DNA of 64,000 nucleotides from Candidatus Latescibacterota bacterium (GTDB taxonomy: Bacteria > Latescibacterota > UBA2968 > GCA-2709665), in NCBI GenBank assembly GCA_965237675.1, contig OZ250150.1, positions 2,176,001 through 2,240,000 of the forward strand. The letters are read 5' to 3'. Shown here one piece after another: positions 19,935 through 30,300 of this stretch. Made by a program: the position numbers and the translations under genes. Under the pieces are notes generated by a model. That model saw only the letters and a list, made by a program, of their open reading frames with translations, had not been told where the DNA came from and made no database searches. The first letter of the stretch is position 1. Every line of letters begins with the position of its first letter.

Positions 19935-21622
19935 CCCGATTAATTCATGAATCGTCAGATAGAGCATTTTAAGGAAGCAGAAAGAGCTTCCGAGTGAGAC
20001 AAGAAACGAAAGCGCATGGGCTGTGACGGATTTGGCGTGTTCAAGCCGTTTGGGCGGCGCCTGCTTTGCCTCGTGACGTCAGGTTGACCTCGATGCCCGT
20101 GTCAAGCGCACAGACTTCTCCATGACCTTTGGTGGTGGTCGATGCAAATGTGAAGGCGGGGTCAGCACGTCGATGGGTTATGGAACACCCGTTGCCAGAT
20201 TATAGAGGATCTTGCCATAAAGGTGTTTGAGTGGAAACGCCGTTGGCAGATGGAACTTGATTTTAGTTTTCAACTCACAAACGCGCCCGGCGACTTTCAA
20301 GAGACGATTTTGCAGGGTATTGAACTGTGCGTTGGTCCACTTCGTGCCGCGCAATCCGATTGCAGCCAGGCTGTGCATCAGGACATAGGCGGCGCTGTGG
20401 AGAAAGAGACGGAAGTGATTGGCCTGGAAGGTGTGACAAGAGGTGCGATCGGAATGGAGAAAGGTCTTGTGATTTTTGATGAAGTTTTCCATCCTGCCGC
20501 GTGTGCAATAGGCGGTTTTGTAGATGAATGACGGTTGGGCGCGCTTCAGGTTGGTGACCACGAATCGGATATTGACACCTTGCGGTGTCACTTCCGCCTT
20601 GCAGACGATGCGTTGTGGACACGCCCAGGTGCCGGCCTGATAGGCCCAACAGCGATAAAGGCGCACGGTTTCTCCGGAATCGGCATACCGCGTTTTGGCC
20701 TGGTCTATCAAGGACTGTGCCTTCCGCAGGAGTTTGGCGTTGCCGTTCTGTCCGAGGACAAAATACACATCTTCTTCCTCACACAACACGTGCACTTCCG
20801 GACACGAAAAATGCGCATCGCCACGTAACAGGATCTCCACGTCGGGCCAGGCTTTACGCAGGTAGGCGATCACCCGTTTGAGGATGGTGACGATCTCTTT
20901 ACCCGCAGGCCGCCTGCCAGGACGCAAGACCGTCGTGATCAACTTGCCGGTTTGGCCTTCATAGATATGCAGGGGCTGGTAGCAATAGCCATTGAAATAC
21001 GCATTGAACAACGACAACTGTTGAGACCCATGCACCTTGTCTTCGGTGTCATCGATGTCCAACAGAATGGCTTCCGGCGGTTCCTCATACGAGGCGACAA
21101 ACACATCCGCAAAGGCCTTGGCGATCCGATACAAATCGGTTCTGCTGATGCGGTTCTCGAACCGACTCATCGTGGGCTGACTGGCCAGGTCCGCGCCAGA
21201 CAACGGCAACCGATCACAGGCCGCCTTGAAGCCGGGGTCCTCGCGTAACGTCTTGCAATCATTCGCATCCTCATACCCACAGGCCATCTGAAAGACACGT
21301 TGTTTGATCAGGTCCATCATCGAATGATGTACGTAACTTTGATGTCGATGATCGGTGAGCGCCGCAACCATCCGATGCAAAATGCCGACATTGGCCTCGA
21401 CCTCACGAAGCAGCATCACCCCGACGTCGGTCGTCAGCACGCCCCCGTCGAACGTGGCTTCTACCTGCCTACCAGAAAGACTTGCGAAAGACAACCTGTG
21501 ATGTTTATCTTGAACTCCCACGGTAGTTTCCTCCTGTTTCATTGTTATTAGGTTATTTGCGTAACCATAATATAATACAATGACTTGGGTATGGAAACTA
21601 CCTTTTTTGTGAATTATTCAGG
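19935..21622 (-). mobile_element. IS1380-family insertion sequence
   Basis: Imperfect TIRs CCCGATTAATTCAT / CCTGAATAATTCAC and a 4-bp target duplication TTAG (19931-34, 21623-26). Confidence 0.92.
20178..21542 (-). CDS. IS1380-family DDE transposase
   Basis: GYEDAND..LR.DP, LASQPTMSRFEN, LDIDDT, LLRGDAHF and RGRMENFIK motifs. Confidence 0.93.
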   Translation of the reverse strand: MKQEETTVGVQDKHHRLSFASLSGRQVEATFDGGVLTTDVGVMLLREVEANVGILHRMVAALTDHRHQSYVHHSMMDLIKQRVFQMACGYEDANDCKTLREDPGFKAACDRLPLSGADLASQPTMSRFENRISRTDLYRIAKAFADVFVASYEEPPEAILLDIDDTEDKVHGSQQLSLFNAYFNGYCYQPLHIYEGQTGKLITTVLRPGRRPAGKEIVTILKRVIAYLRKAWPDVEILLRGDAHFSCPEVHVLCEEEDVYFVLGQNGNAKLLRKAQSLIDQAKTRYADSGETVRLYRCWAYQAGTWACPQRIVCKAEVTPQGVNIRFVVTNLKRAQPSFIYKTAYCTRGRMENFIKNHKTFLHSDRTSCHTFQANHFRLFLHSAAYVLMHSLAAIGLRGTKWTNAQFNTLQNRLLKVAGRVCELKTKIKFHLPTAFPLKHLYGKILYNLATGVP

Positions 21623-22032
21623 TTAGCTTTACTGAAATGGACCAAGATAAAATGCGCACGCAGCTTCTGGACACCATGCCGCGGGAACTCTTCAGTTTGG
21701 CATCCGAAGAACCTGTCACGATTGACGCGATGCGGCACAGGTTCGCAAACAGAACGGCAGCCCGTTATTCGGATCTCGATTCAATCGTACTGCAGCTTTT
21801 TCGCGAAGGCGAGATTGAGATTCTGGGCGCCGACAATAGGGTCCGCTCAACTACGTTACGAAATCTTAGAGCGTTCGACAGAATCGCAATGCCCACACAG
21901 ACGCGAATCCATTTCGAGGATTCACGCAGAGGTTCGAATCAGGGATCACACAAGATTTGACAGTTTCCCGCTGTGCGACAGCCAGTGCAAACGCGAAAAA
22001 CAACCAATCGGCAACGATGGGGAGAACAAAAT

Positions 22033-22218
22033 ATGGTAGATATTGATGCACTGCTGGAGAAAAATCCCAAGGTAAGAGAGGTTTTCGAGAAAAACCAGGC
22101 TTTGCTTTCGAAATGTCCACCGGCAAAGAAAGCGAAGTACCGACTTGGAGATCCGTTCGGGGCTAGACGTCCGGTTGACGATACGCCCGTCAGCCAACCC
22201 CGGCCAAAGGCGAGATAG
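22033..22218 (+). CDS. Small basic 61-aa protein downstream of TcmP, intact copy 2
   Basis: GGGGAG RBS, an ATG start, a paralogue at 17893 and a terminator after it. Confidence 0.7.
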   Translation: MVDIDALLEKNPKVREVFEKNQALLSKCPPAKKAKYRLGDPFGARRPVDDTPVSQPRPKAR

Positions 22219-22247
22219 GTCGTAGCCTGATATTCCTTCGACGAACG

Positions 22248-22289
22248 AAAAAAAGAAGCCGTGGCTGTTGTCGCCTCGGCTTCTTTGTT
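22248..22289. terminator. Probable bidirectional intrinsic terminator
   Basis: A-run, AAAGAAGCCG..GGC / GCC..CGGCTTCTTT hairpin and T-rich tail. Confidence 0.65.
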
Positions 22290-22621
22290 GGAAATCTCAC
22301 CGTCTCGATGCGGGAAATTTGCTTCTGGAGTCGTTCGGAACGGGTTGTGCGATACCTTGAGGTGATAATTCGTTTTCTGATGTGGCCGATCACTGTGATT
22401 CAGTAACTATTCGCGCACTTCCTGTATCTGGATCAGGCCAACAGTACCGGACGGCTCGTCTCGTTCAAGCCCCTGCCTAGCTAAATGCGGCCCTCGCTTG
22501 TGGAGCCCATGAAGCAGCCGGAGAGGCCGAATTTGCATCAATCAGGTGCCCCGTCTAACACGGTCGACGAATGCGAACCAATCCACGATATCCAATATTT
22601 CCACTATAGATCAAGGATGTG

Positions 22622-22822
22622 CTAAGCTTCTAGTGCTTCCCGAATCGCCTTTTCCATACTTGGGCGAACTTTGTCCATGCTCCTACGGGCGGAGTCCTCA
22701 GCCATCTGCAGGATTTCCGCAAGCTCTTCGCCCTTAGGTTCGGGCGGAGTCGCTATATCAGGCGTCGGATGTTTCTCCTTGTGCACCCGCGCCGTTTTCA
22801 ACTGGCGTGATGTCCGAGCCAT
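22622..22822 (-). CDS. Small 66-aa helical protein overlapping the Ntn-hydrolase 3' end
   Basis: Strong AGGAGG RBS before the ATG and an amphipathic C-terminal half. Confidence 0.55.
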   Translation of the reverse strand: MARTSRQLKTARVHKEKHPTPDIATPPEPKGEELAEILQMAEDSARRSMDKVRPSMEKAIREALEA

Positions 22823-24169
22823 ATCTTTTCCTCCTGAATGAAGTTCTATCGAAATAAGATGGATTTAACTCAGGCGAGAAATAGTGTTTGCGCTTAATCC
22901 AAATCAACCCATCGCCCTTCGTAATTAACGCAACGTCGGTTGGACCACCAACTGTTTCTTCATCGCTCGATACGCGTCTCTTGAGCGCAGTCAGACTTAC
23001 AAGTGATTCAGCCATTTCCGCAAGTTGTTCCTTAGGAAGCATAGCCACCACATTCATAATGGGCTGCGAAAAAAACCGCGCTCCAAACCCTTCGACGCTG
23101 TCCATAAAGGAATCGGCTACTTGAGTGTGATATTGATCCAAGACGTCACGCAGTTTCTCTGTTTCAATATTCGAGTGTTTGCTGAGTGATCGCATCAAGT
23201 CGTCAGTGTATTGCTCCAAGTGAGACACCACAGATCGGTGAAGATAGGGGAGGTAACCAGGTGCTATTCCCTCCATGAATTGATAAACCATATCGATCTG
23301 TGCGAATGGCACGATCGCTGACTGATTGTCTGGGTTGAGAGTCACTTCATGTTTGTCTGGATGAATCTTTAATCTGTTTTGTACCATCCCTTCAACATGT
23401 GCTCGCGAAATAGCAGGGAAGAAATCCTGCTCGCCGAAACCGGAGACGACAACACCGGAAGTGAAGCCAGAAGGCGGGTGGCGTGTAATCGTATCAAAGA
23501 ACCCGCATATCGCCTTAACTGCGATATAATTGAGTTTTTGCTGGAGAGCCCTCGCCGAAGATGTAACTGATCAAACACCGACGCGCGTGCGCTTCGAAGG
23601 TGCCCACGTAGTGATTTGCGCACGGACCTTTCGAACTCCCGGGGCGCACCTTCAATTGCAGGGGCACTCTTGGCTCTTGAGTGATACTCGTCAACGACTT
23701 CCTCGGTCAGTTCATGTTCCATCTGTGCGAATTTTTCAATTTCAAATCGTCCGCTTTCTTCGACAGCTTTAGCGATCGTTTTGTCGATCCTTTGCTGTAT
23801 TTCCTGTCGAATCTCAGAGAAGATCTGCTGGGATAAGCGTACGGCATAGTCCAACTGCTGTTGGTCGCTTATTCGGTCACCTATGTGATGTTCCAAGAAT
23901 CTGCAGAAATCGTTGGCGTACTCGTGGAGTTTCGCGAAGGTCTTTCTTCCGAGAATACACCGATACTCTTTCACTATTGTTTCCCATGGGATCGACATGA
24001 AACTGGCGTTGCCATACACGAGAATTCCAACTGGTGCGACCTCGGAGAGAGCGAAGAGTTTATTTGCTGACGAGAAAATCTTCTGATTGCCGCCTGGATA
24101 TGCTGTAATTGCGCTATCCGCTGCCAATGCGACAGCTTGTAGATTGAGGATGGCTATTTCGGCTGTCAT
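22758..24169 (-). pseudogene. Proteasome-beta-like Ntn hydrolase with a large helical insert, split by a frameshift at the A5 run (23535-23539)
   Basis: N-terminal M-T, AADS, NKLF, hidden SGVVVSGFG..FFP and a C-terminal TVGGPTDVALITK.DG. One extra A joins the two ORFs. Confidence 0.72.
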
Positions 24170-24432
24170 AATCTATAGAGCCTTAGTTGTTACCCGAGTT
24201 CCGGATTCATAGCAATTGGTGTAGATGACCCCGAAAGCAGTCAAGTATTCCTTAAATGCTATAGTGCCACGGTAGCTTTAGGTACCCGAATATAATTTCA
24301 CGATAACAGACAGAAAAGTCAAATCTACCCACGTCGCAAACGGCTCGATGCCAGCGCGAACGCAGAAAAACAAGATCTGCCGTACTTACGACCTAGGAGC
24401 CTGCGCTTCAGAACGGATTTGAGCACCGTATT

Positions 24433-24479
24433 ACACTATATATGGTGTCCACAAGTGAATTTTTGACAATATATAGTCT
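24433..24479. promoter_or_regulatory. Tandem NrdR-box-like palindromes
   Basis: ACACTATATATGGTGT (24433) and TGACAATATATAGTCT (24464) both resemble acaCwAtATaTwGtgt, with 31-bp spacing. Confidence 0.65.
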
Positions 24480-24637
24480 GGTAAGTTTTCTGCGGCGCAG
24501 ACTCCTAGAATGGGCAGCATAAAGATTACTCGATTCTCCCACCCGTTCCGAGGAGTGAGGTGCCACAGAAGGCAATAGCTTGTGTCGAGGCCGCGCACGT
24601 TCGACTGCAAAACCCCTTCCTCGGATTAACGGGACGA

Positions 24638-24810
24638 CTATATCTCCGACTCGGGGGCAATGCGGCGAGCCGGGTATCGCACGTACTTGCGTCCGGAAAC
24701 CTCTTGTTTTGCTCGAATAACTTTGAATATGGCTTCGACGTCGTAGCCAAATCTCGCCGCGTGTTCATCCCTGACAGCACGGACTTCGGCGATAATCGGG
24801 TCAACCTGTA
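24638..24810 (-). CDS. Small antitoxin-like protein (DPII.EVR.VRDEHAARFGYD), start uncertain
   Basis: Motif typical of small genes downstream of PIN toxins. Upstream TPIERME resembles a decayed PIN C-terminus. Confidence 0.5.
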
Positions 24811-24937
24811 GTGTATTTATAGTCCAGTTCCATCCGTTCAATTGGTGTACGGCCGGTAGAAGACTTGCATTTCGACTGCCAACATAGATGCGTTTTCAGG
24901 TAGCTGTCGCCGATATCTAACACGCAATTCGCATCAT

Positions 24938-26098
24938 TCAAGATTCCCGGCGACCGCCGCTGCCTCGTGTCACCCTGCACCCCTTCCGCCAATCTTCGAA
25001 GTCGAGTTGGTTGCAAAGGAAAAGTTCGTATTGTTCTCCATCGTCAGTGCTCGGATCGATGATTCCGCCCTCGCCGTCGGTGGCCAGGAATCCTTCAAGT
25101 TCTCCCGGGTAAAGTACGGGGATTTTCATCCTTGAGCCCCAACGCGTGCGTGCTTCGTCGTAAACTTCGCCCTTGCCCGATCTTATGCGAAGCGTGACAG
25201 AATCATCGCCGCTGCTGGAGGAGTGGAATTTTTGGACAGCATAATTGATGCTGTCACCTTCGTAGAAATAGAACCGGCCCGCGCCGCGAGGTTTCCAATT
25301 CGGCGCCACCATTGATTTCTTGTGGTCGTCAAAACTTACGTAACGTACGCGGGCTAGTCGGGTCTGGTGAAAACGGAGTTCGTAGTATCCTGGGTGATTA
25401 TTCTCCGATACTAATTCTCCGCGAGTCCATTCCTCTGGACGAGCCATATTATCTTCCGCTTCGGTGGTTTTTATCGTAAATTCAGGAAATGTGGTGTGGT
25501 AGAAGCTCACGTTACCCCCGGATTCGGAATTTGGTGGCCAAGAATCTGATTCGCTCAAATATCGTTTCATTCTTTCAAGCGGTGGCTTATCCAAGCTGAA
25601 GCGTTCCCGCCACATACGTTCAATCTCATGGGGTTGTGCGACGTCATTCGCGGGTGTATTGGTGTCACAAACACGCGTATAAATGTGATGAGCGCGGATT
25701 TTTTCGAACTTTTCGATTAGGTAGTACGGTTTGTGGGGAGCATCCTTGATTACCAAAACGTCGAGTAATTTTCCTTCGAGTTCGGTTTCTCTCAGGAAAA
25801 AATCAGGGAACCTCGATTGAAAGAACTTGCTCGCGTTATCGCGGAATAGACCTGCTAAGTCTGCCTGCGTTCTTCGGCCTGGATCTTCGTTTATCGGATG
25901 TACAGAATAGTCGCTGTCGTCAACCCCATATATCAAATATCGATCACCATCATGGTTGGCGTTCGCAAGGCACAGGACGTCGTGAATCAGATCGGTTTTC
26001 CTTCCCTGATGTTCACGCTTAAAGTCCCAATACGCACCTTCGGTTTTTCCACTGATAAGGGCCGAGATGGTCACATCAAACGCGTTCTCGTTGTTCAT
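24938..26098 (-). CDS. Schlafen/AlbA_2 domain protein with an unknown C-terminal domain
   Basis: EGAYWDFKRE, DVLCLAN..GDRYLIYGVDD, KPYYL and IYTR motifs. GGAGG RBS. Confidence 0.82.
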   Translation of the reverse strand: MNNENAFDVTISALISGKTEGAYWDFKREHQGRKTDLIHDVLCLANANHDGDRYLIYGVDDSDYSVHPINEDPGRRTQADLAGLFRDNASKFFQSRFPDFFLRETELEGKLLDVLVIKDAPHKPYYLIEKFEKIRAHHIYTRVCDTNTPANDVAQPHEIERMWRERFSLDKPPLERMKRYLSESDSWPPNSESGGNVSFYHTTFPEFTIKTTEAEDNMARPEEWTRGELVSENNHPGYYELRFHQTRLARVRYVSFDDHKKSMVAPNWKPRGAGRFYFYEGDSINYAVQKFHSSSSGDDSVTLRIRSGKGEVYDEARTRWGSRMKIPVLYPGELEGFLATDGEGGIIDPSTDDGEQYELFLCNQLDFEDWRKGCRVTRGSGGRRES

Positions 26099-26453
26099 TT
26101 GACCTCCAGGCGCCGGAAGTTGGGCCACCGTGGTACTGGCGTTCAGCGGCGCCGTTTGCGATTCGCGCAATTGAAGCGGGATGGATTAAATCCCTTCATT
26201 GAATTGCGCCGAGCCGCGACCACGACCTGACCCGCAAGAACGAGTTTCTCATGGTAAGTCTGCTTGGGCAATCACGGCAGGGAACCTCGGCTACTTGTCT
26301 GTATGTTGTAGTCGGCCACCCTACCGTTTGTACGGGTCGAGCGGCTGCTATCGATGTAACGTCAATGGGGGTTGATGTCGAGCATTCCCGGTAAGGACGA
26401 CCCGTTCCACTCGCCGATTGTCCGCAGTGTCCGCACAACGATACGTATGGAAT

Positions 26454-27353
26454 TCACGGCCTTTGTCGACTCGGTTTTATCACCTCAAAAATGTAATCAG
26501 CCAAGAAGATCGTATTCAAGCTGTTTTGCTGTGAAGAGTAGACTACCAAGCCGTGTATGGCGGCATGGCGATTAGGGACCCGGCTATTCTTGAGGCTTTC
26601 AAGGTGCTCGTCGCACACGACTTCTGTAAACAGTCCGAAGATTAAGTCGTCGCTCTGGGACACAGGCTTTTCTCCACGCTCGATTCTTTTCTTTTCTCGG
26701 ACTGCTTTTGTCAAATGTGCGAATATGGTTAGATCGTAGAGACCTCGATGTATAAAAGCATCAATGGATTTGTCGTCGTCAGTCAACTTTTTGATAAATT
26801 CCCAGTATCCGATACGTCCAATTTTGCTGCCGAATAGTTCTTTGCGAAACACCCGTTCGATTTCTGGAAATAAGACACGGCATACGCACCGGTAAAGTCC
26901 AGCTTCGTGAGCATCGAGTGCCTCGAAAAACGTCGCTTTGCCTTCTGCATCTATCCTATAATGCGCAAATCGCGTCTCCATTTCCGCGCGAACATTCTGC
27001 CAGTTGCTCGTGTAGTAGTCCAGGAGTTTGCTTCGAATCAATTCATCGTCCTCGCCAAATCCTGCGATATAATCGAATGGCGTTGTGTAGTGTGGCAACC
27101 AACCCGCCTTTTGCAGGACCTCGCAACTAAGGTTCCACTTTTGGAACTCCGCAATTACGTTTAATATTTCGGAAGCGTGGGTTTCCACAAAATGCCCCCA
27201 CGCTCTAAATAGGGGCTCGATTTGGCGGCCCAAGTCTTTAAGTATCCCGGTAGCAACCAGCCACTTCTTGAACCCGTCTGAAAACCCATCGGAATCAAGA
27301 AAGGCTCGATCTTTCTCGGGACTTTGAAGTCGTTTCCTGTCCATCCCACTCAC
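26454..27353 (-). CDS. Putative HEPN-domain RNase
   Basis: C-terminal NRHAAIHG (R-x4-H) and an upstream PEIER. Its start overlaps the R-M stop codon. Confidence 0.62.
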   Translation of the reverse strand: MSGMDRKRLQSPEKDRAFLDSDGFSDGFKKWLVATGILKDLGRQIEPLFRAWGHFVETHASEILNVIAEFQKWNLSCEVLQKAGWLPHYTTPFDYIAGFGEDDELIRSKLLDYYTSNWQNVRAEMETRFAHYRIDAEGKATFFEALDAHEAGLYRCVCRVLFPEIERVFRKELFGSKIGRIGYWEFIKKLTDDDKSIDAFIHRGLYDLTIFAHLTKAVREKKRIERGEKPVSQSDDLIFGLFTEVVCDEHLESLKNSRVPNRHAAIHGLVVYSSQQNSLNTIFLADYIFEVIKPSRQRP

Positions 27354-30300
27354 TCTCCGCCTCGTCCTGTCAACATCAATATCCCCGCAATTCTCCTCGA
27401 GACCTCCGCAAAGTACGCCACCTCATCGGGCTTGAGCGGCCGTTCAAGAATCTTTCCTTCCCTGTATGACAACCATTTCTTGAGGACCTGGTAACCGCCG
27501 AGTTTGTAATTCCAGATCGCGGCCGGGACGTTGCGCCAGAAAGCCTTGTCGTTCAGGTATATGTCAAAAGTGCTATCGCCCAGTACCGATTGCGCGGCGC
27601 CAAGCGCCTGGACTTCATTAGCCGTGTATTTTCGTTGTTCGACGCGGCCCTGCCCGGGCATCACCGCCTCGCCCGAACCGTAATGCCCCCAGTTGGCCGT
27701 GAGTTCAAAGTCATCTCCCGTCATATTGCGATTATCGACCGTAGCGGGCACGGAAATGGCCTCGATTTCCGGTCGCAGTGTGCCCTCGGTTACACCCGGC
27801 ACACGCGCACAGGGGTCGAGTAGCCGTGCCAGTTCGCGACCGCGAGCCGCGGAACCCGCAAGGTCCTGCGCTGCTCCTTCAGCCTGACCTTCTGGCCAAC
27901 CAGGCAGCGGAATGCGCGGCCACTCCATCTTAAGTGCTCCGGCATTGGCCAACAGGTATGCGGGATCGTGTAGCGTGGAAATGACATGGTAAAAGAGGTC
28001 CTCAACATCCCGGTTGAGATATCGCAGATAATTAGCCGCCTCAATAGTCAAGTTCCATGCGGGCTGCTTTGTCTTCGTTTCCTTATCATCGTAGCGAAGA
28101 TAAGCGGGGAACATGTTGGCGCCACGTTCGATTAGATGCAGCGAGGCGATATTTTCAGTGAAACACGACTGCGGTTCTTGAGCGCCCTTCCGGAGATGCT
28201 GCGAAGACGACAGCCACAAATTCCCATCGAACACATGTGGTCTGTAGTTGGAGCGTTTTTCGTCCAGCAGTTTCGTTTCAGCCTCCCAGTATAACCATCG
28301 GTTGTCGAACGGTCGATAAGCAAACCGGACGAATCCAGACTCACTCGGTCCACCACGTTCAAGCAGGGCTACCCGTACCTCTCGGGCATCGAAGCGAGCG
28401 GTGGTTTTCATCACGCCCGGATAACGCCGAGCAATATCGTCGTGGCTTATGGCCGCGTCGAAGTACTCGTTTACGCGCGCTCTTAGTCGAAGGGGATCGG
28501 TATCCACGAGAAACGGGTCGCGGCTGGTCTTGGTTCCCGGGAACGATACGGGGAAGAGATCGGGAAGCGCCGGACAGTCGAACCATTCCTTACTCACGGC
28601 CACGGGGAAGAAGGGCAGGCCGAGCGGCAAGACGGGCTTAATATCGTCGTAAATCGTGTTGGGTTCAGCTTCGGCTGTCTCAATCAGATCTACGGGTTTC
28701 TCTTTTCCCCATAGATGGCGAAATCCGACTGACTCTGCAGGGGCGTGGTCCGATTTGCGCACAAGTGTTGTTATCGCAGTGCCGACCTGGATGCCGACCG
28801 GGTCGCTATCGGTCGAAAAAATGCTAGGATCCGGCAAACCGTCCGGAGCGACTTTGCCGGTCTTGTATTTGTCACCGTTAAGGCAGTCGATGCGGACCGT
28901 GTCGAACGTCTCCAGGTAGCGCTCTCGCATTCCTGTGAAAGACAAGCCGTCCAGCCAGGAATAGTTGGAGATGAAACAGACGACGCCCTGGCCTGTACTT
29001 GCGATTTTGCGTTCGGCCATGCGGAAGAAGCGCACATAAAGATCGTTAAGGCCCTGGCCCTCCGGTCTGCGTACACGCCTCGTCGACCGGTAGGCTTTCA
29101 CCAATTCGCTCTCCTCGTCTATCGCCATACCTGCGAAGCCGTTATAGGGCGGATTGCCCAGGATCACCAGGATCGGCGTCTCCTGCTTAACCTGCCCAGC
29201 CCGGTCGCGTTCCTCCTGCAGTTCAGGAAAAGCAACCGTTTGCGATCCCTCGCCTGTGCCCTCCCAATCCGTCAGCGCATTTGTGAGATAGATGCCCGCG
29301 CGCTCAGTTCCGTCGTCGGAGAGGGCTACGCCAAGATCTCGCAAAGCGAGGTCAATCTGAAGGTGCGCAACGACGAAGGGTGCCGGCATGATCTCGAACC
29401 CGAACACCCGATCCATTGCAGCCTTCTTGACCTCTGCACCTGTCAGCGCGCCGAGTCCCCGGCCTTCCAGATTTGCGGCGATACGCCGCAGTACTTCGGC
29501 GAGATAGGCGCCGGTGCCGCAACACGGGTCCAGCACGTAGACGTTCTCCGCGGCCAGGCCGTCAGCTATTCCGAGATCGTCTTTGAGCGCTTTGTCGACG
29601 CGGGCGACCATGTAGCGTACCACTTCTGATGGCGTGTACCAGACGCCCAATTCCTTTCGCAGGTCGGGGTCGAATGCTTCCAGGAAGGGCTCGTAAAAGT
29701 AGGTTACTGCTTCTCCCTCCTGAAATCGTGCAAAGAAGGCGTCGCGGTCCACCCGGTCAAGCGCGGCGGACGTCCAGTCCAGCACCTCCACGAGGCCGAG
29801 CGGCTGCAGCCGGCCTGGCTGGGATATTTGCTGAAACAGTGCCTGCATTACTGGGGTGCGCAGATGCCAAACGGCTTCATGCCAATTAAACCCGATCCCT
29901 GTCGCGGGCTTTTGTCGCGCCCATAGCACCCACGCGGAGAAAATCCCGTAGAATAGCGTCTGTACCAGCGTCGAATGGAAAAAGCGCTCGCCCCGCTCGT
30001 CTTCGAAATGAACACCGAGCGACTCTTCCAGCGCGGATCTTACCGCATCGAGCGACGGCGTATCGCCGGCGGCATCAACACGGGCGAGGCCGTCGCGGGC
30101 GTAAGACGCAAGTAACCAGGCGAGGTCCTTCGGTTCGACAATCGCCGTACGGTGTGACAGCGCGCGGATCAGGTATTCGCCTAGCCCAGCGCCGATCTCC
30201 CCAGCGAAGGCGCGCGGCGTCTCCAGCTTGCGCCAGAATTCTTCCTCGGTGCCGGCGAGACGATAGCGCTCGAGCAACGTCTCTCCACCCGTCGCGTCCG

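Larger units (their letters stand above)
18988..21960 (+). pseudogene. tcmP: TcmP copy 2, interrupted by an IS1380-family element
   Basis: GTG start after GGAG. HSKAKLEVLRSYL, VDGFAGGG and FLLDQTG motifs. Removing 19935-21622 plus one TTAG restores the frame ...IPLFS-FTEMDQDK... into 21637-21960. Confidence 0.85.

Noticed and set aside
26196-26438. 80-aa ORF with CxxC pairs between the HEPN and Schlafen genes
   Set aside because: TTG start without an RBS and no family resemblance. It is probably decayed sequence.
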